Of a stretch of 64,000 nucleotides of DNA, positions 26,771-40,581 are shown one piece after another (the stretch's first letter is position 1; every line of letters begins with the position of its first letter). Both the position numbers and the translations under genes were made by a program. This DNA is from Marsupella aquatica (Eukaryota > Plantae > Marchantiophyta). The notes beneath the pieces are model-generated. The model saw only the letters and a list, made by a program, of their open reading frames with translations. It searched no databases and had not been told where the DNA came from. The stretch is from contig OZ316891.1 of assembly GCA_973895155.1 (NCBI GenBank), forward strand, positions 13,113,037 to 13,177,036, given 5' to 3'.

Positions 26771-29700
26771 GTAAGACAGCATCATTTTTAGAGCCACTGA
26801 TTCTTAAGAGGAGAGTTCTGAGCCGCATCTCCCTCTAATTGTACGGCTAACGAGTAGGATCATCTTAGTTATTGGTGCTTCGCTACTTCTGGGAGTTGAT
26901 GCCCCTTCGCCATGGTATACCAAGTCCTTTGCCTCTCGAAGAATACTGAGGGAGAAGCACATAGGGAGGTGCACAGGCTTGAAGTTAAGGTTTCCTGTGC
27001 AGTTTTGATTTTGGTGAAAAGAGTAGGATCGAGCTCATTCTTTCTTTGTACCATAGGACCAGCCATTTCGGCACGTGTTGTGTAATTATTACCCAAAACT
27101 TGTCCGATGAAATTTATTATGGAAAACGGGGGAAGCTTATCATTTTTCGAGTCCCAGGGCAGGTTTCTGTTTCATTGCATTGATTGTTATCCAGTCTTCT
27201 GGCTGTGCAGGAGCACAGACGGAGTGGAATGTTGTGTTGGAAGAATATGACAACGTTCATGAGAATGAAATTGCATGGCTATATACTGTGAGAGCGGTTT
27301 CTCTATCAGGAAGGGAACCTGGAGAGACAGAAAGGAATACTGAAGAGGAAGAATCTACACACACAGGAAATTTCAATGATTCTGACCAGAACTACATAAG
27401 TGAAGTTCGTTGGAGATCCTTTGATAGGTCAACATCGATGGCTGATTTAAAAATACGTCTTGATTGATTGATTGTTGACTGCTTGGGGAAGGCAAGGTGT
27501 AAAAAGTAGTTCCCTTTCCAATATGCCCCTCACATTCGAAACTAAACAAATGAATGATATTTTCCAGGTGGTAATGTGTCAGCCACCTCGATGAAATTGC
27601 TATTTCAATTCTGAATTGAACCTGCTCTATCAGCGGCTTTGAGGTTGTTTGACCTTGAATCGGTTACCTATCCGAAAGGGCCACGTGAAACAGCCTTCTT
27701 TACCCTCAATGTAACCTATCCGTATCTACTTGGAGATTTGCTTTGCAGCCAGCTGATTTGGTGCGTGGAGGTTCCTATACCAAGTTGTAAGACACTGCGA
27801 TGTCAGGTCGTTGCTAAATAGGAAACTCAGAAATTGGTTTTTGCCAGACTTGGTTTTATTAATGCATTCGTAGGCTCAGAACCTTGTCAGCGATCCTATG
27901 CATCCGCAGAAACTTCTGAGCTGGGAAATTTTCCAAATGCACCACAGACCGAGTGTCAACTCTAGAAATCTCGGAAGAGACAAGTTGATGGCTCAGAAGC
28001 ATGCATGCCAGTGATGTGGACCTATGCAGCGCCTTTTATGCATGAGTAACTTGCGCTTCACAAACCAGGTAGGGGACCTTGTCTAACTGCTAGCACCATG
28101 AGAGGAGGAAAGCAAGATTGTTGTCCGTTATTGTGTACTAGCCCAACCCATGCGCATGCACAGAAAGGGCTTCCTGCACCCAGAATCCCCATGCTTTCAC
28201 AAAGTCTCAAGTATGTACGTCACCAGATAAATTGTGGCCTTTGGTTTCATTTTATGGAGTAGGTCATGAACAGTAGACTTTGATTGCAAAATATATTATA
28301 GGTAGCCCAATGCCCGTGCATTGCATAGTGTTGACCACAGTAAGTTATGTTGAGTGGAAGTGTAAGCAAGTGTAGAAGTGTTAGCAAGCATAAGTGAAAT
28401 GACGAACACAACAACAAAATTTCAAAGAGTAAGTGAGCTTTAGGGACAGGGACTGGTTGGGCATGCAAAAGATGCAACCTATAGGTCAATGTCATGGTTA
28501 CAAAAAAATGTCACTATAATTGAACAGTCCAGAGCCCATGAGATGAGAAAGAAAGAGTGAGGTCATGAGATGGGAAACAACGAGTGAGGACATGAAAAAG
28601 GAAGAATGAGATTGCACATTATTGTGTTTAGATGCTTTCAGAGGATATAAACTCGGGAGTTTTTGTTCGGGAGGATTTGTTTGCCATATAGGTAGGTCTC
28701 GCCAATGCCCTGAAGAAATAGTTAGCTGCGTAGATTTTGTTTCTCTCCCGAGCTTATCTACTTCTGGGGCACCTTGGCAGGAAGCACTGATGCAGTTTCT
28801 GGATCTTCTGTTCGCACTTTGTGCCGTTTTCGCAAGACTCGACATGGGATCACGCTCTAGTACTCGAGAATGTCCGTCTTATCACACAACACGGAAAGAC
28901 AATCAGTAAGAAATCAGAGTTCCAGTCGAAACCTTGGTCATGACACGATAGAGTTCCAGTCGAAACCTTTTACCTCTTCCGTCCTATATCCAGTCATTTC
29001 TTTGCCCTGCTCATTTCTTGTCCCTTTCGTCATGGACAGGGACAAATTCTCTTTGATGTTTTTATTCATATTTCGCTGTAGAATGTAAATCTGTCAAAGT
29101 TTTTCTGCGGCCATTCAACACTAAGTAAAATAAAAATACTATCATCTCACATTAATTGAACTAATGTGTTAAATGGTGGTTTCTGCTTCCATGCTGCAGG
29201 GCGATGTCAGTTTCTGCAAACGTCTTCTCCTGTCAAGCCAAGCATCGTGGTCCTTCTAGCTGCATGTGAGGCCCACCCCCCTACATGCTCAAGAACCTCT
29301 ATGGAAGTGATTCGAGTGTCTTGATGGGTTGAAGACATGGGAGAATTGAAAGAAAGAAATCTCAATAATTGAAGGCCAAACTTTTTACGCTGAGATAAGG
29401 GTTTGCTTGCGATTTTTTTGTTTGTTTGATGTGTTAAAATCTCTCTTGAATCAGTGACATCCTGAGAGTTTGAATCTGAAACTGAAGTGTAGTTGACTTT
29501 TCATTTCTGACTGACTAAAGGAAGAATGAAAAGTCCACCTTCCTCGCCTATTCGCTTCATAATGTCGAGGACAGTGCTTAATTCTTCCCTCTGGGAAAAC
29601 TGCTCGACTGCTCCATTTACAATTCTTCAAGATCTCATACGTGCGAGAAAATGCCTAACTAGATCTGTAATTGTATGAGAGTTACTTGTCTGGTTTTGTA

Positions 29701-30489
29701 TCAGTTTCAAAGAGGTGATGAGGCATTCTTGTGCTTGATCCACGTAGCAGGATGGTGCCAAAAAGCAAGATCATCAAATCACAACCAAACGAAGGAACGG
29801 AGTACATCAAAGATGCCCAGGATACACCTTTGCAGTCATGTAACGGCAATTTACTGGTGTTTGACATCATCCTTCTAAGTCCACTCATATCTTCAATCTT
29901 GTTCCGTTCATACCCTATAACCTCAACTCTCAGGAAGGCTGTCTGTAGACGGGTGCGTGCGGTGAAGGCAAATTTGTAGCAAGTAATTCACCACAAGCTG
30001 CGTAATCTCAAGAGAAGTCTCGGCAACTCTCCCAAAGTTCATTCTACACACTTTGGTACATCCTAATTTCACACCTGAGGGTCCTCTAATGTCTCCCACC
30101 ATATTATGAATTTTACCTGACACTTGCAACAAGCCAAATTCACAAGATATTAGCCACACACCATGTGCCTAACCAGGGGCCAACCATTGACTGTACATTG
30201 CACTTATCCATCACACTACCAAAGAACAAAAGGTGTCAAACCAGATACGAGATCCCAAAGACAGGAAAGACATCACAATGCCACAGAGCAGAAAGCGCCA
30301 AGCCAAGCGACAAGATCCCAAAGACCCGAAACAAAGGAAAAACCCACGAAGATCAAAGGCACTTGAAGGTACCTCGGAGTTTGATCGTGGCTGTTGACAT
30401 ATGTGACCAGAGTAACACGTACTTTTAAGTTGCAATTGACCATGTGGCAGTACACGGGTACCGTTTAAGATGTCACGAAGAAATTTGAG

Positions 30490-31335
30490 TCCAGTAATGT
30501 CATATTCTAAGTGACTAGCATGGACATTCTATGGCGTATGTGCTTTGAGTGTACCCTACCAGAGTTCTGATCTCCAACTTACCAAGAATGGGTCCATTGC
30601 TAAACTTACCAAGAATGGGTCCATTGCTAAACTTAGTTAGGAATGGGTTTGATGGTGGTATTTGTTTGATCAACCCCCAAAATGAAACTTGTTATTTGAT
30701 AACCCCCTGAGGTCTATCAAGGGTCCAGATCTGAGATCGAAAGGTCCATCAACGGTCCAGATTGGGGAAAAGTACAGAGGGGGTTGATTAAGCAAACTTT
30801 TTCCAGAAGGGGGTCTACTAAGCATATCTCTCGGTTTGATGCTAAAATTTCTGGAGCATGGGTGAGATGCTAAAAGTACTCAAGCATGGATCAGTGAGCC
30901 TGGGTTGGCTACTAGAGTTAGTCAAACATGGGTTCATCAGTCAAATTAGCAGACCTTTGGTATTTATAATGCTAAATTTACGATAACCTGTAATTTGGAC
31001 ATTTTGCTTCGCTTGGCATCCCCCATATCACCTCCAGTAATGTCAGATTGTAAGTGACTAGCATGGACATTTTATGGCCTACGTGCTTTGTGTACTCTAC
31101 CAGACTTCTGATCTCCAATTTATTAAGCATGGGTCCATTGCTAAAATTAGTTAAGAATGCGTCCGATGCTAAAATTACTCTAGGAGGGATCAGTGAGTGG
31201 GTTGGCTACTAAAGTTAGTCAAACGTGGGTCCATGAGTGAAATTAGCAAACCATTGATACTTATAATGCAAAAATTTATAATATCCTGTAATTTGTACAT
31301 ACATTTTGCTTTGCTTGGCATCTCCCATGTCACCC
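30490..31335. repeat. Diverged tandem duplication (copy A ~30490-31032, copy B ~31033-31335)
   Basis: Both copies start TCCAGTAATGTCA.ATT.TAAGTGACTAGCATGGACATT and end ACATTTTGCTT.GCTTGGCATC.CCCAT.TCACC; copy A carries extra inserted sequence. Confidence 0.9.
30654..30832. mobile_element. MULE-type MITE with 8-bp TSD, present in duplicate copy A only
   Basis: Flanked by GGTTTGAT at 30646-30653 and 30833-30840; imperfect TIRs GGTGGTATTTGTTTGATCAACCCCC / GGGGGTCTACTAAGCATATCTCTC; copy B shows the empty site. Confidence 0.75.
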
Positions 31336-32542
31336 TAGGCTCTTGTGGGGACATTTGATCTCATCTGGCCTTCTCCAGTGTCACTCTTGTTGCTTTTTAC
31401 ACATAGGGATGAAATAGCCGGATGATGCACTTTCTTCACGAATCCTTATATTTCTTTATAATATTGTGCTTGTGCCTAATATCATATTCCCTTTTTTATT
31501 TTAAAACTTATTTACATGTTTAATTTTTTTTTGCTTCTACATTTATCTCCTTTCTAACTCTAGAGCAGGAGTTGTCACATTAGTTTGTTTACTTTCTAAC
31601 TCTAGAGCAAAAATTGTCATATTAGTACCGTAAGACCCCTCATGAATTTTTTCTTTTCATGTTTGTACAAGGTGATGAGGCATTATCCCTGGGGTGAGCT
31701 CATGATTTTTTTATTTTCAGGTGTGTACAAGGTTATGAGGCATTACCCCCAAGGTGAGCCATGGAACCGCCATGGAACCCTTGGGCTAGCCTGGCCCGGG
31801 GATTCTGAAATTTGAATGCGAAATACAGTAAAATGCAAAGCAAGTGATAGACAGTGACAGATTAAATCATAGAAGAAATGAGTCGACGGCCAAGTACTCC
31901 TGCTTATTTGGTGTAATAAAAACGGTACAGTCTCAACCCACTAGAAGAGCTCGAGTTCAACTCGTCGAACTCCTGACTCAATGGTGATGGCCAAGACAAC
32001 AGGGTATCAAACAATCCTACAATGACGCACATTGCGTGCTAGCTATCTTATCAGGCGGAAAAGCTCAGGTCAGCAGAAATCCAATGAGTTGCCTCAGAGT
32101 ACCATTGCATAAGTGCATTCTCCACCTGTATATGACGTCTCTCGTTCGAACCACAAGAGGTCAATACGTGCGAATTCGACAAATTCAGCTACATGTTAAG
32201 CTAAGTCTTTTGAGAAAGGGACGACTCGAGTGTCCTAAATCATGGAAAATTTGTAAAATTTGGTGAGTGACTACAAGTAGTGGCATTTATGAGCGATCAT
32301 GCCAATCTTTCCTTCGTCTAATGCGGGGCAGATTCGTCCATGAACATTTTGGTCTCGTCTCAGCGTCTGAGGGCTGCCACAGCAGGTGGACCATTTCGGT
32401 TGCGGGAGTCGCAAAGAGTTGAAGCTTGATTGTCCGGCACATCTTCACGAAACTACTGGAGCCTTCCCCTTCAATTCACTTTCAGTACGCCAAGATTTTG
32501 TAAGTTCAGATGGTCGGATTTTGAAACCTGTCTCATCACAGT

Positions 32543-35500
32543 CTAATTTGCTGGGATTAGAACCCGCTCGATCTCCTCCAAAGATTTCCCCTTGGTCTCA
32601 ATCAAGTAATTTTGGATGTAAACCACAGCCAACAAGCAGACCGAGGCAAAGCCCACGTAGACTGAGCTCACACCGTACTTGGTTACAACTGGCAAAAAGT
32701 ACAAACCAATTGCAAAGTTGCATATCTGCGGAGAGAAACGCAAACCGTCAGTCAAAAGGAGATGCAACGCCCTAGGCATGTTTTTGATAACTTCTTATCC
32801 GCTCAAACTTGACTGCGAGAAAGCGTTGACGAAAACTGTTTTGAGACACTATGTGGACAACCTCACCCAACGTACTACTCCAATGCCGCATGAGCACCCC
32901 TCCATTAAGCAGATAAATTTTCTGATATGCATGCGAGATAACGAGTTGAGATCCTCACCCAATGCACTCCCATAGCAAGAGCAACAGCCTTTGCACGTAT
33001 CTTCGACGGAAATATCTCAGGAAGGATGAGTCCTGGCACAGGCCCAGCACCAAGAGAAAATGCTAACACGTATCTGCAGAGACGGGGATAATTTAGTAAT
33101 CCTTTCTAAGTTTCCAACACGCATTGCAGACAACTCAGGGGGATATCTTATCCAGGTGGACTTGGCATCACTTAGTACTTACGATACTGTTCCGGCAACA
33201 GCAAGAGTTCCCGAGTAGCTAGCAAGAGCAGGCCATGAAAGTGCCACTGCTAACAAAGACATTGAAGCGGCCTGGTACACACAAAAGAATTGTCAGAAAA
33301 AAATAGGTCCGAATACATTTCAGAAATGTCGACAGGCTTTATTTGTCATCTCATCATCCTCAAGGCAACTTCAGACGTAAACAGGACGATGTCAGGTTGT
33401 CCTTTACCATTCCAAAGTAACTGAAAGTGAGCAACTTCTTTCTGCCCTGCTTGTCCATCAATGAGGATGCCACTAAGGTGCCTGTACCAGCATAAATCAA
33501 CCATATAAGTTAACCTGTTAATCAGTACTACGTCACATCAAGGTATCACCTCAAACAAGGCCCCACTTGTTTCCACTTGGCTGCAAAGAAAGTAACACAA
33601 GCGAAAGAATATCTGTTAGTATACCCAAAGAAGATATCACCTAACAAGGACCCACATCCAATTGCAGAGAGGAACTTCACAACAGTACAGGTTATTATCA
33701 CATACCAAACACATTCGCTGCACCAACAAGGGCACTCGCTGCAACATCAGATTTGATTCCAGCCTTTCGGAATACTGCAGTGGAGTAGTACACTACTGCA
33801 TTGATTCCAGCAAATTGCTGCAAAAGGAAAAGAGTGGCCCCAACAGCAACAACTGCAGCACCACAAGAAAAAACACAGGCATGTATTAATGCTCCTCCCC
33901 AAACTGTGTTAAATCTCTGTTGAAGTAGGCTGTTGGAAAGATCTAAAAAAACAACAATATCTATAGAGCATCCAACGATCCTCAACTGAAATCAATGGCA
34001 AATACCTTTCTTATACCGAGAACTGAAAAGATCAGCCCAGCCTGTACTTTCTTCTGTAGAACCGCCTCCAGCATTCTCCAGTTCGTAAACGGCTTCCTCC
34101 ACCTTGTCCTTTCCCCAGAGCCGCTTTATGGAGTCTTCAGCTTCTGCTTTCCGTCCTTGCTGCAAGTCGATCACGCAAATCAAATTTCTGCAAAAATCAA
34201 TATCTAGTACGATCGACATGCAATATTTACAATACATTAACTGCAGCTGCTCAGAGTTTGACTTTAACCTGGAAAAGCCAGCGGGGGCTTTCTGGAGCGA
34301 ATGACATCCCTACAAAGAGAAGGGCGGCTGGCACGGCTGCCAAAGCAAACATAGTCTTCCACCTAAGAACAACAAGGGGAAATGCTGATTAGACGAAATG
34401 CTGATCCCAAAAACTCCAATAATGGAGAACAGTGGTAGTCTCAATTGTCTGAGCAGCCTATTCATGAGCACCATAACAAGAACTAGGTGGCCAAAACTTA
34501 CGAAACGATTGGAAGTGTTACAATTAGACAATTTCAAGAACTATCGGTTCTACGCAGCAGATTGTCGCGAACTAAAAATGTTTGATTATCTACATGGCTA
34601 AATTTGACTGCTTCTCACAGGTAAACTGGAATAAAGTACAGCCAGAGCGGAGAACGAGTCATACCAAATTGGGTTGCCTGCTAGTGGCAATCCGGCAACA
34701 AGGGCCAATAGAATTCCAATGCAGATTGAGAGTTGATTTGCGGAACCAAGTGTACCACGAATATTAGTTGGAGAAATCTGCATAGAATGAACCACAGTTT
34801 TAGTTTCTAATTTCAAATCTGGAAAACCATTCGATAATGGTGCAAAACAGTCCTCACCACCATCTAATCACAAGAACTCGCACCCAAATTCTTAGGCTCT
34901 CCATTTTCGAAATGCTCAGGAAAAACACTGAAAATTGGTCGTCACTATACCTCAGCAATGTACAGCGGAACTACACCAGACGAGACGCCGATGCCCAGAC
35001 CTACAAGAAATCGTCCAGCAAGCATTGCTTGAACTCCTGTTGCTGTTGCGCTGCAAGGTAATCACACATTCCAAACCCAAATTAGAACCCGGAAGATCAA
35101 AGTGGCAAAGAGCAAAGTCGGCTCCAATTGCAATCATGAGAACCACGAGGTTGCTGAATTCTCCACGGTAGCAGTTTTGATGAATTGAGAAACCTTCTCT
35201 ACTGGTGCGGTTCTGTTCCAAGTTCACAAACCTGAGAACAGCTCCAGCGATGAGAGGTACCGCATCGAGCTGGAACGTTCGTGTGCGCCCGAACTTATCT
35301 GCCAGTGCACCTCCAGTGAAAGAGCCCAGGGTGGCTCCTATTAAAGTTATGCTCACGACCCATCCTGCGTTCACCAGGAACCTGATGAGAAGATGAAGCA
35401 CAGAAGGAATGTAGTATCTAGGCCGGGAACATACCTCGGTTTCATGTTTCCTAATCCACAAAAAGCAGGGAGATCAAATCATCTGGGCTCTGGGCTGGCT

Positions 35501-37401
35501 TGGAACTCAGGGAGAGGACAAAGTTTGATGTGAGGGGACAATGAAGTGCGTAATTAAGAAATATATATATACCCATTTCCGTCACTGATCCGTTTGAAAC
35601 GACTGTTCTAAATTCCGGCCGGAGGAGATAGATCGAGGATGAATGGAACTGAAGGGGGGTGAGAACGGGACCAGAAATGAATTTGCTTTGTAGTAAATTA
35701 TTTCCCACAATGAAATGGAGAGACATGCAGCGAGATCACTGCAATTCGAAAGCCTCTGTTCAGCGCCCCAACCCCCCCGCAGCCCCGCGCCCCCCGCCCT
35801 CCCCCCAAAGAGACAACGCTGGAGACGACGAGAACCCGATGCCATCCAATCTCATGGTTCGAAGGGCATTTCATTCGTTTACTGGAAAGGTGACCTTGAA
35901 TCCCGTCATGGGATCTGGATTTCTCTAAATGTACCAATCGAAAATTTTCTCAAATTGACATATACCACGGAAAACAAAGTGGCGAAAAATGTTGTACCCT
36001 GTAGAGTAGCGTTGGTCGCAATGCCGAGATCCTTGGCGATATATTCCAAAGCCCCGTTAACCACACTGCGCAAACGGCAAAGTCAGCGAACAATGTTATA
36101 TTCGAGAGATCGACCGTTGGTAGATGCTGCAGGGGCAGCGTCAACTGAGCTTGCGACAGAGTTGTCAGGAAACGAGGCAAGACTGTAGGAACTGGTTAAG
36201 CTAAGCGACACGAGTGCCACCAGTCAAATTCGGAGGACATGTGTCAACAACTGTATTGTATTAGCGAGTGCGAGTGTTCGGAGCTTGCTTCGAACTCACG
36301 AGACGTACCCCAAATGGTAGCCAAAGAGGATGGCACCCAGGCATGCAACGCCCACAGAAATGAACAGGGATCCACCGACTCCTGACCCTGTTGAGACCGT
36401 CTTGGTCCCCACTTCTCCCCCATCTGCAAAGACTCGGCCTTTTTAGTAATTAAGTTTCAAAGCGGTAGCCTTTGTCCAAACTTACAGCACATCAGATAGA
36501 TTTAAGCCACAAATAGTCATTGCTTCGCCAATTTCGACTTCAAAAAATTCAGCGCTGCGCTGACATTGAACTTGCACGGCCTCCAGACTATCCAGCATGA
36601 ACTTTGGATTATGCATCACAACCCTTCCGATTTACTCCAACTCTTGCATCTCGCTAGAAGTCTCCAGATGGATCGGGAATCGGTTCCCCCAGCTAACCCG
36701 GGGTTCTAGCCTCTGTAAAGAGACGACTATAAGCAAGCGAGGAATGTTTATGGTGTTGTCGTTCGCCTTGTAAACCTTGCACCTTGCAACATTGATCTCT
36801 TGGAAGCTCAGCTCGGGAATTTACAAGACAGCTTCTTCCACTAAAAACGTTCTAGTTAATCGCATGTCCTAGCCAGCCTCAACCATTATCATACAAGGAT
36901 GATTTCTCCACCACGCTGGCCTGAGCTGTACTGTTCCCGACAGAATGTGAGATTTAAAAATTAAAAACTGTGGGAGATACAGTAAAGTGTTAGCAAGCTA
37001 CAGAGGTCATTAGCCTAAGCAGAAAAGACTAAGGCGAGTTGTTCCAACCAACCTGCAATTGCCTGGGATCGAGTAGTAGAGTAAGACGGGTGTCTCTTCA
37101 ATCTCATTGCCGGTAGATCGATCAGTCCCCCGAGCCCGCTTCGCAGCGACTGACCCACATGTTCACTTTGCCAGTGCCTGCGCTTTGGCCCAGACCGGCA
37201 TGAAAACCGGTTTGCAGCAGTCGCAAATCCTCCTCGACGTCCAATCGCACCATAGTTGCCGCCATGAAGAGTAGATTGCGATGCAGCACGAGACGATCCA
37301 GAGACAGGCAGTTGCCGCTGCGCATGCGAAGCGGCTGATAGCGGTCTCGTCGACATCATGACGGACCCGCACCCCACACTACCTAAAACCGTCGTCTGCA
37401 T
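32543..37401 (-). CDS. pGlcT: Plastidic glucose transporter (MFS sugar porter, pGlcT-like), ~577 aa, 13 exons
   Basis: Exons 37401-37053, 36423-36309, 36065-35998, 35364-35232, 35050-34951, 34777-34665, 34362-34269, 34159-34006, 33852-33706, 33481-33408, 33271-33183, 33073-32959, 32725-32543 join in frame (1734 nt). Ser/Arg-rich transit peptide; [78 protein letters not shown]. Confidence 0.96.
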
Positions 37402-39499
37402 CGTTGGAACTGCCTCTTCCCGTTCTCACTTGATGAGTTGTTCCCTCCTTGGGTGTCGCTTACACTAGACCGAGTGTGAACAGTTGCTGGCCCCGGCCGG
37501 CAGGCAGATCGATCACAATTGAGAGCGCCTACCCTACAAAAAACTCGCTGTTTCGATCCAATCCCGCACGATCAATTCTCTATCTCCCTCTATCTCCCAC
37601 TCTGACTGCGAAGACAGCCAAAAGCTCGGATACAAGATTGCACTCCTGCACGCAGAACAGAGAGCGATCAGAACACACACAGGAAAACAGACAGACTGAC
37701 CGAGCCAGCAGAGTAGGAACGGGCGGCCTCGCAGATCGCAATGCAGATTACTTCTTGTACTGCGCGGGGCAGGCGGCCTCGGGAAGTGAACTGTGCACCG
37801 AAGCGAAGGAAAGACCAAGAGATGCACACACACACCCTTCCGACAACGTGGAGGACTTTCTCGGAAGACACCAAATCGCAATTCAAGCGCTGCTGCTGAT
37901 CTGCTCTCCTCTGCTCCGTCTGCTCTAAAATAATAATATCATTAACCACTACAACTCTACTGTTTTCTGCGTCCCGTCCGGTCGCATTCGCACACAAGGC
38001 ACGCTTCGTGGATCACGAGGTCGCAGAACAGAAAAGGGAAGGAACGGGATCAGCACCCGAAACGCAATCCTCGTTCCTCAACACACACTTCTACGAAAAA
38101 TTCCAAACTCCGCCGGGCTCGTCTGGCACCGCCACGCAGCTACGAACAAACCGACTCTTCTGTGTGACAAGACTTCGGCGTTACGTCGTCGTCCCGCGCC
38201 CTTAGTATTATTCAATTCTTCTCGAAGCCAGCCCCTGCCTTTCTCGAGATCTCAACAACAACGACGATGGCAGTAGCATAATAATCACACACTAGTCTAT
38301 CTACTCCTACTACTAACAATAAATACTACTGTAGAATCGAACGACCGAAAGTAGGCAGCAGGCAGCAGCAGAAGCAGAAGGGCCCATCCCGTGGAACTTA
38401 CTACTACAGATTACAGAAGGAGGAGCAGGGCAGCAGCAGTTCTGCAGTTCCTTCTCACTGGCTGCTATCTTACGTACTCGCCATTGCCAGTCAGCGCTCA
38501 GCAGTCATAGCTCCACATGGCTCCACGTCCGGGAGGTGCGGACTCGGTGACTCCGGTGACTCCTCGGTCCGCCGGTCGGTCGGCCAGCCAGTCAATCGAT
38601 CGATCGAGCACCCCAAGCAGATTTGAGAATTGCCGTTGGACGGAGAAGACTAATCGAAACTTGTTGTTCTATCGAGAAGAAGAATCAGCGACGCAATTGA
38701 CGGATTCGAAGTGCGGAGTTCCGAAATGCACGGAGTGGGCGCATCAGCGTCATCCACTTTTAATTAGGGCTGCGCGGGGGCAGGACAGGACAAGTAGCCT
38801 AGACGCCTAGTAGTGTAGTGTAGTGTGTGCCCCCAGGAGAGGGGGCAGGTGCCAAGTAATGAGAAGATCCACCTCCCCCGTCGTCGCGCGGAGGCACGGA
38901 GCCCCATTCCGGCCCCGCCAAAAGTGGAAAGAAGCTGACCTCCCAAGAACCAGAGGGGGGCAAAGAATGCCACCTCAACAAGCTTTCGCTGTCTGATTTT
39001 TACCCCTCCTTTAGGGGCTGTGGCTTGCATTTGAGTGTCCTAAAATAAATAGGCCCTAAGTGTGATGAAATGGGACTGACCAAGACTTTCCTTGCCTCGC
39101 CTCGCCTCGCCCCCAGGCTTGAGCCAGTCATGGTTGAACAAGTGCACTTTCATGGGCAAGGGCAGTGACGTTAGCTACCATTACCGTCCCGACCTTGCAG
39201 TGTCATGTAAAACAAAATGAAATACTTGCGTTAGTCAAGTGTCTACAGATTTTGTATGTCACTCTTTGCAGACAATTCTGGAGTTGTAAGGGTTGCATTC
39301 TTTTAACTTAATTTTTAATTTAATTTAATTTTTTAAAGGAAAAATTTGTGAAACCCCACACAAAGGAAAGAGTTAGCGACAATAGTTGAGAAGAGTCAAC
39401 CACAACAGTTGAACCCAAGGTCTATCTGTCTTTATTCAAGTGAGCTACCACAAAGTCATGTCTCTTTGGGCTAAGGGTTGTATTTTTTTAAACAATGAC

Positions 39500-40288
39500 A
39501 CATGCAAGACAGCCCTTAGAGCTTCTTCAACCTTTACTGGATGGAATAACTCCTCTTAGAGCATCTCCAACCTTTACTGGAATAACCCCTCTTAGAGTAT
39601 CTCTAAGCCTTACCGGAAGGGTGGTTGACTCAACCAAGTAAAATGCAAAACTCAATTTAGGTCCAGCCCCACTTCATCCAACCACCAAGAGAGGAAAGAA
39701 ACTGTGCCACCCAAAGAATGGGGGCAAAAGAATGAACCTCAAGCTTTTGGTGCATAGAATAACCCATCTTAGAGCATCTTCAACCCCTGGAATAACGCCT
39801 CTTAGTGTTTCCCTAAGTCTTACCGGAAGGGTGGTTGACTCAAGCAAGTAAAATGCAAAACTTAATTGAGGTCCAACCCCAAGAAGCTGTGCCACTCAAA
39901 GAAGGCGGGGCAAAGAATGAAACTCGAACTTTTTGTTGCACAGAATAACCCATCTTAGAGCGTCTCCAACCCTTACAGGGATGGTTTGACTCAACCAACT
40001 AAATGGAAAGCGAAGGGTCCAACCTACAGCCAAAGAGGAAAGAAGCTGCCGCACCCAAAGAAGGCGGGACAAAGAATGAACGTCACGCTTTTTGTTGTAT
40101 AGAATACCCTCTCTTAGAGTCCAACCCTTACAGAAAGGGGGTTGACTCAACCGACTAGATGCAAAGCGAAGGCAGCCCACAGCCAAAAAAGGAAAGATGC
40201 TGCTCCACCCAAGAACGAGGGAGGGGGGCAAAGAAAGAACATGCCTCGCCGCTGCTTGTCTGTTTCTTGTGAAGAATAACCCCTCGTA
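39500..40288. repeat. Degenerate satellite built from a Tourist-like TIR and adjacent sequence
   Basis: GAATAAC.C.TCTTAGAG(C/T)(A/G)TCTC.AA recurs many times, with interspersed GGTTGACTCAA and AAGCTG.GCCAC.CAAAGAA blocks. Confidence 0.8.
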
Positions 40289-40581
40289 GAGCATCTCCAA
40301 CCTTGTTGGAAATCGTTACTGTAACTGGGTGCTGACTGCTGACTCAGCCAACTACTATTATATCTCCCTCTCTCTAAGTGGGCACTCCAGCACTCCATAA
40401 GTGCAATATAACCGCAAGGCATCCCATCCTTAGCTGGGTTTTCAAAATTGTCCAATTAAGGGTTGGGGCTCAGTTTCATTTGACTATGAGTGCTATGTAA
40501 ACTATGAAAAAAGTTGTTGTCAGACTGGGTAATATTCCTAACTTAAGGTAATCAAAACTCACCAAACCGTTGGAGATGCTC
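40289..40581. mobile_element. PIF/Harbinger (Tourist-like) MITE
   Basis: TIRs GAGCATCTCCAA / TTGGAGATGCTC; flanks GTA (left, one mismatch) and TTA (right), consistent with a TWA 3-bp TSD. Confidence 0.7.

Noticed and set aside
37405-37425. 13-nt identity to miR408 (ACTGCCTCTTCCC), implying a target site just upstream of the pGlcT ATG
   Set aside because: About six mismatches over 21 nt, including positions 2 and 4, which is too weak for a plant miRNA target. Likely chance.
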